From positions 2,880,001-2,944,000 of the forward strand of contig OZ245011.1 of the NCBI GenBank assembly GCA_965223665.1: 64,000 bases of DNA, written 5' to 3'. The DNA is from Nitrospinaceae bacterium (lineage in GTDB: Bacteria; Nitrospinota; Nitrospinia; Nitrospinales; Nitrospinaceae). Made by a program: the position numbers and the translations under genes. Below, one piece after another: positions 30,406-40,094 of this stretch. Within the stretch, counting starts at the first letter, position 1, and the number at the start of each line of letters is the position of its first letter. Below the pieces are notes generated by a model, which searched no databases, was not told the origin of the DNA, and saw only the letters and a list, made by a program, of their open reading frames with translations.

Positions 30406-32034
30406 ATGAACCCATCCAAAAAAATTTATCCCATTCCTATTGTTGGGTTAGTTCTATTATATTTACTACTCAGATTACCCGGATTGACTTCCCTACCTAT
30501 CTCCTCTGAAGAAGCCACATTCATTCATTTTTCCCAAATCATTAGTTCAGAAATAAATGAACTTTTTATTTCCCAAGCAGATGGAAGACAACCGCTTTTT
30601 TCATGGTTGGTAATTCTCCCACTTCAATTTTTTGATGACCCGTTGTTTGCTGGGCGCATTATTTCTATTGTGGCGGGCTTAGCTTCCACAATTGGAATTT
30701 TTATTGTTGGTTGCCAACTTTGGAGATTCTCGGTTGGTTTTGTCGCAAGCTTAACTTATCTTTTTTGTCCTTATACATTTTTCTTCGACCGTTTAGCACT
30801 CCCGGATAGCTTAGTTTCTGCATTCGGTATTGCGTTATTCTGGACAACGGTAAAAATTGTTGAGAAAGAAAAAATTTTGGAAAAGCGTTTCTGGGTAATA
30901 GGAATTATATATGGACTAGCAGTAATGACTCAAACCAATGCTCTTTTTTTAGGGGTAATACCTATTAGCTTTTTTTTGGCATGGAAGACATTCCATAATC
31001 CTGGATTTTGGAAATCACTAAGGACCAGTGGCGCATTAGTAATGATTTTCATTTTAACTACTTTAATGTTGGGACCAGATGCAGTATCCGGAAGAATCAA
31101 TTTTTTTCATGATCCTGACATATATTTGAAACCTGGAACATTATTTCTTTTTCCATTGGATATTTGGTTTCATAATTTATCATTAGTCTGGGATTTATAT
31201 TTGGGTTTTTTGTTGCTCCCATTCATAATAATTCTAATAGTTGGTCTGTTTTATCTTTTTACAAAAAAAGATAAATATGAAATAGTTTTGTGGACTTGGG
31301 GTTTGTTACCGCCGTTAGCAATTTCTTTATTCAGTCAAAAAATCTCTTCCTCCTATTTTGTCACCTTCATACCTCCTTTAATATTAATTGGAAGTTTAAA
31401 TATTAATCGCCTGGCTCACACCCTTCTAAAAAAATTCAGACATTGGTTCTCCATTTTTAATCCCTCCTCTTTAGTTCCGCAAGGTATAGCATATAGCTTG
31501 TTTCTAATGCCCATTTTTTTAAACGGTGGGATTTATCAAATGACTCTGATTCATAATCCCATAGAATCACCATTGCCGAAATTAGATAGGGAACAATATA
31601 TTGAAGGACCAACATCAGGTTTTGGAATTCGAGAGGCTGCTAATTTTTTAATATCTATTTCTAAAAACTTTAAGGCAGGACCTGGTCATGAGTTTCCTAT
31701 AATTCTCCCAATGGAAGCCGGCAACCCCCAGGAAGGAATCACAGTTTATTTATTTAATGAGTCCACCATTCGCCGGGTCCCGGCTTTTTGGTGGCCAAAA
31801 AATGTTAACCTGATTCCCAAAGAGGTAAGGTTTTCTTTAAGACCTTCAATTTATCAATATTTTTCTGCCCTACGACGGGAAACACATTTGCTAGACCACG
31901 CTGCATTTATTTTTCCCGTAGGAAACTATAATTTAGAAAAATTTAAAAAATTCAATCCAGAATTTGAAGAGATTTGGCGAAAAACCAAACCAAAAAACGG
32001 CTCTTTAGTTATCCTTTTCCAAAAAAAGAGTTAA
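30406..32034 (+). CDS. GT-C fold membrane glycosyltransferase (ArnT/PMT-like)
   Basis: LRL...PISSEEA, DGRQPLFSW, FFDRLALPDS, many TM helices. Confidence 0.72.
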   Translation: MNPSKKIYPIPIVGLVLLYLLLRLPGLTSLPISSEEATFIHFSQIISSEINELFISQADGRQPLFSWLVILPLQFFDDPLFAGRIISIVAGLASTIGIFIVGCQLWRFSVGFVASLTYLFCPYTFFFDRLALPDSLVSAFGIALFWTTVKIVEKEKILEKRFWVIGIIYGLAVMTQTNALFLGVIPISFFLAWKTFHNPGFWKSLRTSGALVMIFILTTLMLGPDAVSGRINFFHDPDIYLKPGTLFLFPLDIWFHNLSLVWDLYLGFLLLPFIIILIVGLFYLFTKKDKYEIVLWTWGLLPPLAISLFSQKISSSYFVTFIPPLILIGSLNINRLAHTLLKKFRHWFSIFNPSSLVPQGIAYSLFLMPIFLNGGIYQMTLIHNPIESPLPKLDREQYIEGPTSGFGIREAANFLISISKNFKAGPGHEFPIILPMEAGNPQEGITVYLFNESTIRRVPAFWWPKNVNLIPKEVRFSLRPSIYQYFSALRRETHLLDHAAFIFPVGNYNLEKFKKFNPEFEEIWRKTKPKNGSLVILFQKKS

Positions 32035-32283
32035 TTTTTTCAATATAACTTCCTTATTTTTACCAAAAATTAAAAAATTTGTATAAATTTCTATATTTAA
32101 ATTTATAGATATGTATAGAATATGATATTGTTTATTTTTAAAGATATTTTAAAAAAAAAATTTAGTAAGTACATTTAAATTTGAACGACTAAATCGTTTT
32201 GGAGATAAATTTTTTATCCTTAATTTTTATTCCCTTTGGATTTCCTTTTTTTTATGAACACCCAGCAAAGTAAATCGATTTAA

Positions 32284-33219
32284 ATGGAAAATTTCAAAAA
32301 TCCTACAAAAAATTTGACCATAGGAGAATTATCTCGCCTTACTGGAATCACAACGCATACTTTACGCATGTGGGAAAAGCGTTATGGATCTCCAGAATCT
32401 TTACGCTTACCTTCAGGACACCGTCGTTACCCTAGAGAAGAAGTTCCCAGGCTTCGTGCAGTAGCAAAGGCTTTAGAATCTGGATATCGGGCCAGTCGTG
32501 TCGTTCGTGGAACTTTAGAAGAATTACAAAGCCTTCTAGGATTGAACATGACACTCAATTCGCGTTCTTCGGCATTAGGGAAACAAGATCCAGAAGGAAT
32601 GGTACAGGCTGAACAGGTTATGATTCAGAAATGGATCGAGGCAGTTCACAAGTATGATGATCAAGTACTGAGCCAAGGTTTCCACGAATTATGGGGAAAA
32701 CACGGTCCTTTAAAATTTGTTACAAAGTTTGCCATACCATTTATTCAGCAAGTAGGCTTATCCTGGGAAACGGGAGAATTAAATGTTTCCCAAGAACACT
32801 TTGGTTCTGAAAGATTGTCAGATTTTTTAAGCACTAAATGGCGACAATTAAATGACCGAAAGGATGGAAAATCCATTATCCTTACGACCCTTCCCGAGGA
32901 ACCACACCGTATTGGAATTCAAATGTGTGCTGTGGTTACTGCAATTACAAAATTTAAGGTCATTTACCTGGGGCCAGACACTCCCATTCCTGATATGGTA
33001 TCTGCAGTTAAAGCCAGTAAAGCCAAAATTCTTTCTATAAGTGTATCTTCGTCAATGAGTATTTTCCCTATTGAAGAAAATCTTTACCGAATTCGCAGCA
33101 GTTTACCTAAAGAAGTATTGATTGCCGTGGGCGGAGAGGGAGCCCCAAGAAATATTGCAGGCTTAAATTGTTTTGAAGATTTTTCCAGATACCATCAATG
33201 GTTGTTAGAAATGGAGTAA
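32284..33219 (+). CDS. MerR-family cobalamin-binding regulator (CarH/LitR-like)
   Basis: MerR HTH TLRMWEKRYG...SGHRRY; W-x9-EH (WETGELNVSQEH); ExHxxG (EPHRIG); YLGPDTP, VGG. Confidence 0.88.
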   Translation: MENFKNPTKNLTIGELSRLTGITTHTLRMWEKRYGSPESLRLPSGHRRYPREEVPRLRAVAKALESGYRASRVVRGTLEELQSLLGLNMTLNSRSSALGKQDPEGMVQAEQVMIQKWIEAVHKYDDQVLSQGFHELWGKHGPLKFVTKFAIPFIQQVGLSWETGELNVSQEHFGSERLSDFLSTKWRQLNDRKDGKSIILTTLPEEPHRIGIQMCAVVTAITKFKVIYLGPDTPIPDMVSAVKASKAKILSISVSSSMSIFPIEENLYRIRSSLPKEVLIAVGGEGAPRNIAGLNCFEDFSRYHQWLLEME

Positions 33220-33248
33220 AACCAACAAATAATAACCCCATTGATTAC

Positions 33249-33287
33249 AAAAAAACCCGTCCTTCCAGTTAGAAGGACGGGTTTTTT
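33249..33287. terminator. Bidirectional intrinsic terminator
   Basis: AAAAAACCCGTCCTTC-N6-GAAGGACGGGTTTTTT. Confidence 0.9.
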
Positions 33288-33293
33288 AATATA

Positions 33294-33368
33294 TGGCTCC
33301 GGAGACAGGACTCGAACCTGTAACCCAGCGGTTAACAGCCGCTTGCGCTACCATTGCGCTACTCCGGA
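33294..33368 (-). tRNA. tRNA-Asn (GTT)
   Basis: TCCGGAG/CTCCGGA acceptor stem, CT-GTT-AA loop, GGTTCGAGTCC, encoded CCA. Confidence 0.95.
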
Positions 33369-33488
33369 ATGGTATATAAGAAATTTGGGTTTTGTGATCT
33401 AAAATGCTTAATTTAAGCAATTTATCTTGATGGGTCAAGCAAAATTCAAGGTAATTTCCAATAGCTTCAAATAATTATGTCATCAATA

Positions 33489-34091
33489 TCAACTGGAAAT
33501 TTCAGTTCTACCTTCAAGGGATTTTTGCAGGGTGACTGGATCTGCATATTCGATGTCACTACCTACAGGCAAGCCCCTGGCAATTCTCGAAACCTTTACT
33601 GGAAGGGATTTAAGCATCCTTGCAATATAAATCGCGGTGGACTCTCCTTCCATATCCGGGTTGGTAGCTAGAATAACTTCTTTTACCTGCTGTTTTTCAA
33701 TCTTTTCTTTTAACTCGCCCATAGTCAAATCTTGTGGACCGATCCCATCCAATGGGGAAATTACCCCCATTAGCACATGATACTCACCTTTATATTCCCC
33801 CATATTTTCTAAAACATAAACATCATAAGGTTCTTCAACAACACAAATGAGATGATGATCGCGCCGAGAGTCTGAGCAAATATCGCAAGGATCTTTTTCG
33901 GTAATGCCATGACAATTTGAACACAAAACAATTTTTTCTTTTATATTTTCTATAGAGCGAGCCAATTTCTGTACATTTTCCTTAGATCCGCGCATAAGAA
34001 AGAAAGATAATCTCTCAGCAGTCTTTTGCCCGATTCCAGGCAGACGCTTTAACTCTTGGATTAAATCTGTAACTGCTGCAGGTCGCTTCAT
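33489..34091 (-). CDS. recR: Recombination protein RecR
   Basis: LPGIGQKTAERL, C4 zinc finger, EVILATNPDMEGE, RIARGLPVG. Confidence 0.97.
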   Translation of the reverse strand: MKRPAAVTDLIQELKRLPGIGQKTAERLSFFLMRGSKENVQKLARSIENIKEKIVLCSNCHGITEKDPCDICSDSRRDHHLICVVEEPYDVYVLENMGEYKGEYHVLMGVISPLDGIGPQDLTMGELKEKIEKQQVKEVILATNPDMEGESTAIYIARMLKSLPVKVSRIARGLPVGSDIEYADPVTLQKSLEGRTEISS

Positions 34092-34171
34092 TTATAGGAA
34101 TTAAATTAATAAATTCAAGGAGAGTCTTCTGTATGACTAGTCAAAAACAAAATTTAAATTCTGGATTCAGT

Positions 34172-34492
34172 CTAGGTAAATAATCCAGGAATTTTAAGAC
34201 CCCCGGTAACTTTGGATAACTGTTCCTGGGCTAAATCTTTAACTTTCCGGCGAACTTCGTTCATGGCACTGGTAACAAGATCTTCAAGTATTTCACGATC
34301 TTGCATATTTATTAGATCTTCTTCGATTTGAACTGAAAGAATTTCACCCGTGCCGTTGGCAACCACTTTAACCATTCCACCTCCGGTGGATACCTCTATT
34401 TTTTCTTTACTCAATTCTTCCTGGATTTCAGCCATTTTCGACTGCATTTCCTGAGCTTGCTTAAAAATATTACCAATACCTTTATTAAACAT
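34172..34492 (-). CDS. ybaB: YbaB/EbfC nucleoid-associated protein
   Basis: KQAQEMQ...GGGMVKV...LEDLV; lies between dnaX and recR. Confidence 0.95.
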   Translation of the reverse strand: MFNKGIGNIFKQAQEMQSKMAEIQEELSKEKIEVSTGGGMVKVVANGTGEILSVQIEEDLINMQDREILEDLVTSAMNEVRRKVKDLAQEQLSKVTGGLKIPGLFT

Positions 34493-34514
34493 TTTTAATT
34501 CCTAAATATAAAGA

Positions 34515-36152
34515 TTAGCGGATGATCATTCCACCAAAAATATCCATAGCATCTTTCAATATCTCATCTTCTGAAGGACTGGTTTCTTTATCATAACTTT
34601 TTGAAGAAACATTTTCTTCTTTATTTGTTTGGGAAGATTCAGGGGTATATTTTGTCTTCCCATGGTCCAATTTAACATTTATCAATCCTACTCCGCATAA
34701 TTCCTGGACCACTTCTTGAATTATTGAAAGATTTTCCTCCTTTTCCATTAATCCCAAGGTATAAGGATCAGCAAAACGTAAATGAACTTCTGAGTCATCA
34801 ATTTTTATCAGTTCACAATTTGCCAGAAAATGGTCAAAGGCACGTTTGCGAGAAACTGCTCTTTCTCTTATTTTAGACCAAAGTTTTTCGGCCGAAGATA
34901 AATTCTGATTAGGTTCATTGAAACTCTCTTGAACTAGGGAAGATTGTGTTTCTTTAGTTTCAGAAAGGTTTTTTTTTAAAGGAACTCCTTCCGGTAGACT
35001 GGAATTTGAGTTTTCGGGTTCCATCGAATTAATTCTTTCTATCAAGTGATCGATTTCTTGAAAAGGACGGATTTCCAACAATTGTAAAACTGCCATTTCA
35101 AATATGATTTTCGGTTGGGAACTACGTTTCATATCCCATTCCGTTTTGACCAATACGTTAAACATTTGTTGCAATTGATCCTTGTCCAATTGCTTTGCCT
35201 GTTCGATTAAGGGATCCAATTCAAAGGTAAATTGTTCTAATAATTTTGCCGAATTGGATGTAAGCTTTACTACCATTAAACTGCGCAAATACTCCAAAAG
35301 ATCGCGGCAAAAATATCCTAGATCTTTTCCACTCTCAATAATCCGTTGAACCTGTTCTAATAAATTAACTGCATTTTTTTGAACCACATAATCTATAAAT
35401 AATGTCAGTTCCTTCTGGCCCACCACTCCAAGAATAGATTCGACGGAACCAGGGTCCACTTCTTTTCCGCAAAATGCAATGACCTGGTCGAGCAAACTCT
35501 GCGAATCTCTCATACTTCCTGCCCCATTTTTGGCAATTTCTTCTAAACTCAATTTATCGATTTTAATTTTTTCTTGTTTAGTGATTAACTCCAATTGCTC
35601 AACAATTTGCATTTGGGACAACGCTTTAAACTCAAAACATTGACACCGCGATAAAATAGTTTCCGGAATTTTTATCAATTCTGTTGTTGCAAAAATAAAT
35701 ACGACCTGAGGAGGGGGTTCTTCCAAAGTTTTTAAGAGGGCATTAAAAGCGCTTTTGGAAAGCATATGCACTTCGTCAATGATATAAACCTTATATCGGC
35801 AACTGGTAGTACTGTACTGAACATTTTCAATGAGGTCGCGTACTTCAGCCACACCGGTATTGGAAGCACCATCTATTTCCAATACATCCAAATTACGACC
35901 TTCACGAATCTCAATACACTTTGGACATTGATCACAAGGGTCAATGGTTGGACCCTTTTCACAATTGAGAGCTTTAGCCAGGATACGGGCCGTAGTTGTT
36001 TTTCCTACCCCCCGTGTTCCCGAAAACAAATAGGCATGAGCAATACGATTTAATTCAATTGCATTACGGAGAGTTTGGACAATGTGTTCTTGCCCAATGA
36101 GTTCAGTAAATTTCTGGGGACGCCATTTTCGTGCCGAAACCTGGAATTTCAT
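34515..36152 (-). CDS. dnaX: DNA polymerase III subunit gamma/tau
   Basis: ARKWRPQ, GTRGVGKTT, IDEVHMLS, AFNALLKTLEEPP, SRC motif. Confidence 0.97.
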   Translation of the reverse strand: MKFQVSARKWRPQKFTELIGQEHIVQTLRNAIELNRIAHAYLFSGTRGVGKTTTARILAKALNCEKGPTIDPCDQCPKCIEIREGRNLDVLEIDGASNTGVAEVRDLIENVQYSTTSCRYKVYIIDEVHMLSKSAFNALLKTLEEPPPQVVFIFATTELIKIPETILSRCQCFEFKALSQMQIVEQLELITKQEKIKIDKLSLEEIAKNGAGSMRDSQSLLDQVIAFCGKEVDPGSVESILGVVGQKELTLFIDYVVQKNAVNLLEQVQRIIESGKDLGYFCRDLLEYLRSLMVVKLTSNSAKLLEQFTFELDPLIEQAKQLDKDQLQQMFNVLVKTEWDMKRSSQPKIIFEMAVLQLLEIRPFQEIDHLIERINSMEPENSNSSLPEGVPLKKNLSETKETQSSLVQESFNEPNQNLSSAEKLWSKIRERAVSRKRAFDHFLANCELIKIDDSEVHLRFADPYTLGLMEKEENLSIIQEVVQELCGVGLINVKLDHGKTKYTPESSQTNKEENVSSKSYDKETSPSEDEILKDAMDIFGGMIIR

Positions 36153-36169
36153 GGCTCATAAAAGTTAAA

Positions 36170-36280
36170 GGCAGAGTTGCTGGGGATCTCACAGCACCCA
36201 GAGTAACTTGTTACCGCTGCTTCCTTCCGGACCTGACGGGGTTCACAAGGCCCTGTTGCGTGAGGCCCAACAAAACTGCC
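36170..36280 (-). ncRNA. ffs: Signal recognition particle RNA (4.5S)
   Basis: Minus strand contains GTCAGGTCCGGAAGGAAGCAGC; ends GGCAG/CTGCC pair; directly upstream of dnaX. Confidence 0.95.
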
Positions 36281-36311
36281 AATTCGTAATTTAATTATTG
36301 TTAACTAATCT

Positions 36312-36746
36312 TCAGGATTTTTTTTCTATACTTTTAGTCGTCAAAGAAGAACCTTCTTTTTCCATTCCTCTTAAATCATCACTTTTAAAACCAATTCGTT
36401 TTGCCTGTTTATGCCCTGGGCGTTTTTTTAATGCAGTCAGTAAAACATTGGTTTGGGAAATATGCTGCATTACCTTAATCGGGTCCCCTTTGTCAGAATT
36501 CCCATAAAATATGATCATATCATTCCCATGGTAACCGATTCCGGTAATATAAATCGACCTATTTCCAAACGTTACAAAAGTACCTCCCACTTCCTGATCC
36601 GGTTGTAAATGTTGCTCAAAATCAGCAATATGCGCCATCAACTTCTTGAACATACATTCTGCTTCACCCGGAAATTCCACCGACGTGGCAACTTCGGCAG
36701 AAGGTGGGGTGCCGGCAGGAACTAATGGTTTTTGGTTTTCATCCAT
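36312..36746 (-). CDS. Hypothetical protein (DUF6173-like)
   Basis: FE..L..DQEVG..FVTFG...IGY...IIFYG...QHISQ...RIGF pattern recalled from memory. Confidence 0.6.
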   Translation of the reverse strand: MDENQKPLVPAGTPPSAEVATSVEFPGEAECMFKKLMAHIADFEQHLQPDQEVGGTFVTFGNRSIYITGIGYHGNDMIIFYGNSDKGDPIKVMQHISQTNVLLTALKKRPGHKQAKRIGFKSDDLRGMEKEGSSLTTKSIEKKS

Positions 36747-36882
36747 TGCAATTTCTTTATCACAAATCCAGAAACTTTTATTTCCCGAAATCCCTGCTTA
36801 TCAATCATTGGATTTTGTAACCATCCCAATGTTTGAATTGTTAGTCAATTTATTTATTTAAACTTGGTATTAATGAGCATAC

Positions 36883-36971
36883 TGGCGGAGAGGGTGGGAT
36901 TCGAACCCACGTTAGGGGTCACCTAAACACGCTTTCCAAGCGTGCGCCTTCAGCCACTCGGCCACCTCTCC
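36883..36971 (-). tRNA. tRNA-Ser (GGA)
   Basis: CACGC-TTGGAAA-GCGTG anticodon arm, long variable arm, GCCA end. Confidence 0.95.
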
Positions 36972-37117
36972 AAAATACCTGTTTTAAATCACAATTAGGT
37001 AAATACCTCTTCAATATCAATAATTTAAAGAGGGTCGTGTTTAATATTCCCCTAAACCCATGATTTTAATGGATTATAACACAAATGCCCTGACAGAAAA
37101 TATCCAAGGAAAATAAT

Positions 37118-38005
37118 CTAAATAGAGAGTTTAAATTTTTCCATTAAATCAATGGCAACTGGATTAGGAATTTTTCGAACGCTGGAAAGAAGCCAGAAAT
37201 CTTCATTTATTTGGGGAAGAGTTCCAATTTTGATCAATTTTTTTTCATCCACCAATTCTTTCCCTGCAAAGTCTGGAAGAGGAACTAATCCCATTCCTTC
37301 AGTTCCTAATAATTTCTGAACACTGGTATCCTGGGATTCAATTGTTATGTCTACCGAAATATTATTGGAACGAAAAAAGTGATCTAAATCATGTCGCAAT
37401 TTACTGTGTAGAGTGGGAAGGATGAAGGGTTGATTGGTAAGAGATTTGGGAAAATTTTCCTTTAAATGTCGGTATTGTCCAGTTCCAAAAATGGAAATGG
37501 GAACACTTCCAAGTAATTGGGAATTGAATTGTTCATCCAGATTAACGTTAGGTGGATAATTGGTTAAAAATAAATCAATTCTATGGCCTGAAAGTTCTCT
37601 TAATAAATAATCTCCATCACCTTCTAAAATAGTGGTAGAACAATTTCGGTTGGACCTTGCAAAACTCACCAATTGATGAATTAACCGTTTGGGAAGGCTT
37701 TCAAGGACTCCAAGGTGCAAATGAGTTCTTTTATTATAGTTTCCTTTTCGAACTACTTCTTGTAATTCGTCTCCCATAGCAAATATTTCGTTTGCATATT
37801 CAAGAACCATTCTCCCTTCTTCTGTAAGGATCAATTTCTTATTTTTTCGATCAAAAAGTTTAATTTTAAGGGAATTTTCAAGACACTTCAGCTGTGTACT
37901 TAGTGTGGGTTGACCCAACCGTAATTTTTGGGAAGCTTTGGAAATACTTCCTTCATTTGCGATAGTTTGGAAGTAGAACAAGTGATGATAATTCAACCAT
38001 GCCAT
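37118..38005 (-). CDS. LysR family regulator, NhaR-like
   Basis: WLNYHHLFYF...EGSISKAS.KL.LGQPTLSTQ...LTEEG. Confidence 0.85.
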   Translation of the reverse strand: MAWLNYHHLFYFQTIANEGSISKASQKLRLGQPTLSTQLKCLENSLKIKLFDRKNKKLILTEEGRMVLEYANEIFAMGDELQEVVRKGNYNKRTHLHLGVLESLPKRLIHQLVSFARSNRNCSTTILEGDGDYLLRELSGHRIDLFLTNYPPNVNLDEQFNSQLLGSVPISIFGTGQYRHLKENFPKSLTNQPFILPTLHSKLRHDLDHFFRSNNISVDITIESQDTSVQKLLGTEGMGLVPLPDFAGKELVDEKKLIKIGTLPQINEDFWLLSSVRKIPNPVAIDLMEKFKLSI

Positions 38006-38348
38006 AGTTTTATTAGTTTGTTTTTAACAAATCTAAAATTAAATTTTATTGAAATTTTAAAATCTAACTGAAAATATTCGCTTTAAACAAACTTTTCCCA
38101 TATTTTAATTATTAAAAACAACTTAAACTATATAGATACTATTCAGAAATTAATTATTCCAAATATTTGTTTATTTAATATTTTTATTGATCTAATAATT
38201 AGGCGCTTAGTTTTATCAAATTCTGAAATTTTATTTGTTTTTTTAGAATAAATCAATAAAAACCATTGAATTTATTAATGTTAATAATTTTTGGTGGTTT
38301 TTTCCAAGAAATGATCTATTACAAAAGGATAAAACTGAGAAAAAAATT

Positions 38349-38385
38349 AAAATGGCTCACAGGGAATTTATTGTGAGCCATTTTT
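38349..38385 (-). terminator. Terminator after tRNA-Arg
   Basis: AAAATGGCTCACA...TGTGAGCCATTTT inverted repeat. Confidence 0.8.
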
Positions 38386-38388
38386 AAA

Positions 38389-38465
38389 TGGTACGCCCAA
38401 GAGGACTCGAACCTCCGACCTACGGTACCGCAAACCGTCGCTCTATCCAGCTGAGCTATGGGCGC
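38389..38465 (-). tRNA. tRNA-Arg (GCG)
   Basis: GCGCCCATAGCTCAGCTGGATAGAGC...; anticodon arm ACGGT-TTGCGGT-ACCGT; GGTTCGAGTCC; ACCA end. Confidence 0.93.
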
Positions 38466-38490
38466 ATTTTTTTTAAATATTCAATGGATG

Positions 38491-39120
38491 TCAACTGATT
38501 GAAGCGGGTACTGAATCCATCAGCTGTAATCCAAATTGTTCGTGTTCAAACGCGTAAAGGGTAGGGTAATTCTTAAAAATCCAACCCTTATATAATTCTT
38601 TTCCTTTTTCTTCAATAACCAAATAAATAGCCGGATTTCCTAATTCATTATCGACAGAGGTAATTGTGGTTTCATCCATCATAAAATTAGGAAAAAACGG
38701 ACCCACTTTCACCCTGATCTCACTATTAGGTAATGAAAAAGTGGAACCTAATGAAACCAATTCCATTGCATTGTTTTCTTCATCTGCCTTATCGCGGATC
38801 AGTATTTTAACGGCTTTCCATTTTCCTTCAACACTTTTTGGTACAACCGTTTTTCGTTCTTTAGCTGATTGCGATTTTGCAATTGACTGATGATTTTCCA
38901 AGTCGGTTTTAGACCCCTCCGCTAGCTGGTTATCCGAAAGTGGTGGTGCTACCTTGGTTGCCGAGCCCTCAGGTTTATCAAAATTCTTTATCCCACTTTG
39001 GGAAACATCAATAGCTCCCTCAATAGGCTTTGGATCAGGCTCCGCTCCACAACCAAAAAGTAAAAATAACGCAAAAAATCCTAGCAAATTTACCCGATTT
39101 TTTCGGAAAATGGTGTTCAT
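38491..39120 (-). CDS. Lipoprotein with DUF2155-like C-terminal domain
   Basis: LFGC lipobox; NPA...GWIF..YP...FEH motif. Confidence 0.65.
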   Translation of the reverse strand: MNTIFRKNRVNLLGFFALFLLFGCGAEPDPKPIEGAIDVSQSGIKNFDKPEGSATKVAPPLSDNQLAEGSKTDLENHQSIAKSQSAKERKTVVPKSVEGKWKAVKILIRDKADEENNAMELVSLGSTFSLPNSEIRVKVGPFFPNFMMDETTITSVDNELGNPAIYLVIEEKGKELYKGWIFKNYPTLYAFEHEQFGLQLMDSVPASIS

Positions 39121-39248
39121 ATATAGTTTTTGACCTTTTTTATTATGAAGGAATATTATCAAGGTTAAGCGAGATTGGCTACAAAATTTATTTGCCCTTA
39201 TTTTTATTAGAATCCAAAAGAATAAGGGTTTATAGGCAAATTGCTAAA

Positions 39249-40094
39249 TTATTTTTTGGCAAGGATGATGATATTAGAGAGGTAATTGAACAAAAAGGAA
39301 TTTCCTATTTTATCGCCCAATTTTTTAGGGACCATAGTGACGATCTTTTCCAGTAAAATTTTTATAAACCAGGGAACAGAAACATAGTTTCCTTTTACCG
39401 AGATAAACGCCTCAAATTTCTTAAATCCAACAGATTTTAAAGATTTTTCTAATTCCTGAAACGTCCATTCCTTAAGATGAAAGCCTGTTGCCACATCATC
39501 AAAATATCTGGAAACGTCGTGTGGACCTGATAAACGATTGGGTGTCAGAAAAAAGTATCTACCCTTTTCTTTCAAAATTTTATAAATACCCTCAAAGTGA
39601 TGGATGCAATCCTCTGGGTGCAAATGCTCAATCAACTGGTCGCTGAAAGCTATATCCACCGAATTGTCTGGCAATGGAATAAACGCTCCATCAGCAATTA
39701 CAATTTCAACATTCTCGGGTAAATTTTCTTTGTTAATAATGACGTCCGTAACATCAAGCGCATAAACTTTTTTAACAAATTTGGACAGAAGAATTGATAA
39801 GGCACCGTCTCCGGTTCCCACTTCTAAAAATGTATCCTCAGGTCTGATAAACTTTTTTAGCCCCTTTAATTTCTTTTCTATTCGAAGACGCTGGACTTCA
39901 GGATCTTTCGAAACCTTTAAACGGGGATGATGAGGAATTTTTTCAAACAATTCGTCATACAAACTTGACAGCATATTTGTCCGATCTTCTCTTTTACAAT
40001 CCACAAATCTCCGGGCAAGTTCTTTCTCTAAAAGATAATGCTCCCTAATTTTTTGGGCTTTTTCAGGAGAATCAGGCAGTGGAATTTTGGGCAT
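39249..40094 (-). CDS. Class I SAM-dependent methyltransferase
   Basis: FLEVGTGDG, PLPDNSVD, IEHL, LTPN. Confidence 0.85.
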   Translation of the reverse strand: MPKIPLPDSPEKAQKIREHYLLEKELARRFVDCKREDRTNMLSSLYDELFEKIPHHPRLKVSKDPEVQRLRIEKKLKGLKKFIRPEDTFLEVGTGDGALSILLSKFVKKVYALDVTDVIINKENLPENVEIVIADGAFIPLPDNSVDIAFSDQLIEHLHPEDCIHHFEGIYKILKEKGRYFFLTPNRLSGPHDVSRYFDDVATGFHLKEWTFQELEKSLKSVGFKKFEAFISVKGNYVSVPWFIKILLEKIVTMVPKKLGDKIGNSFLFNYLSNIIILAKK

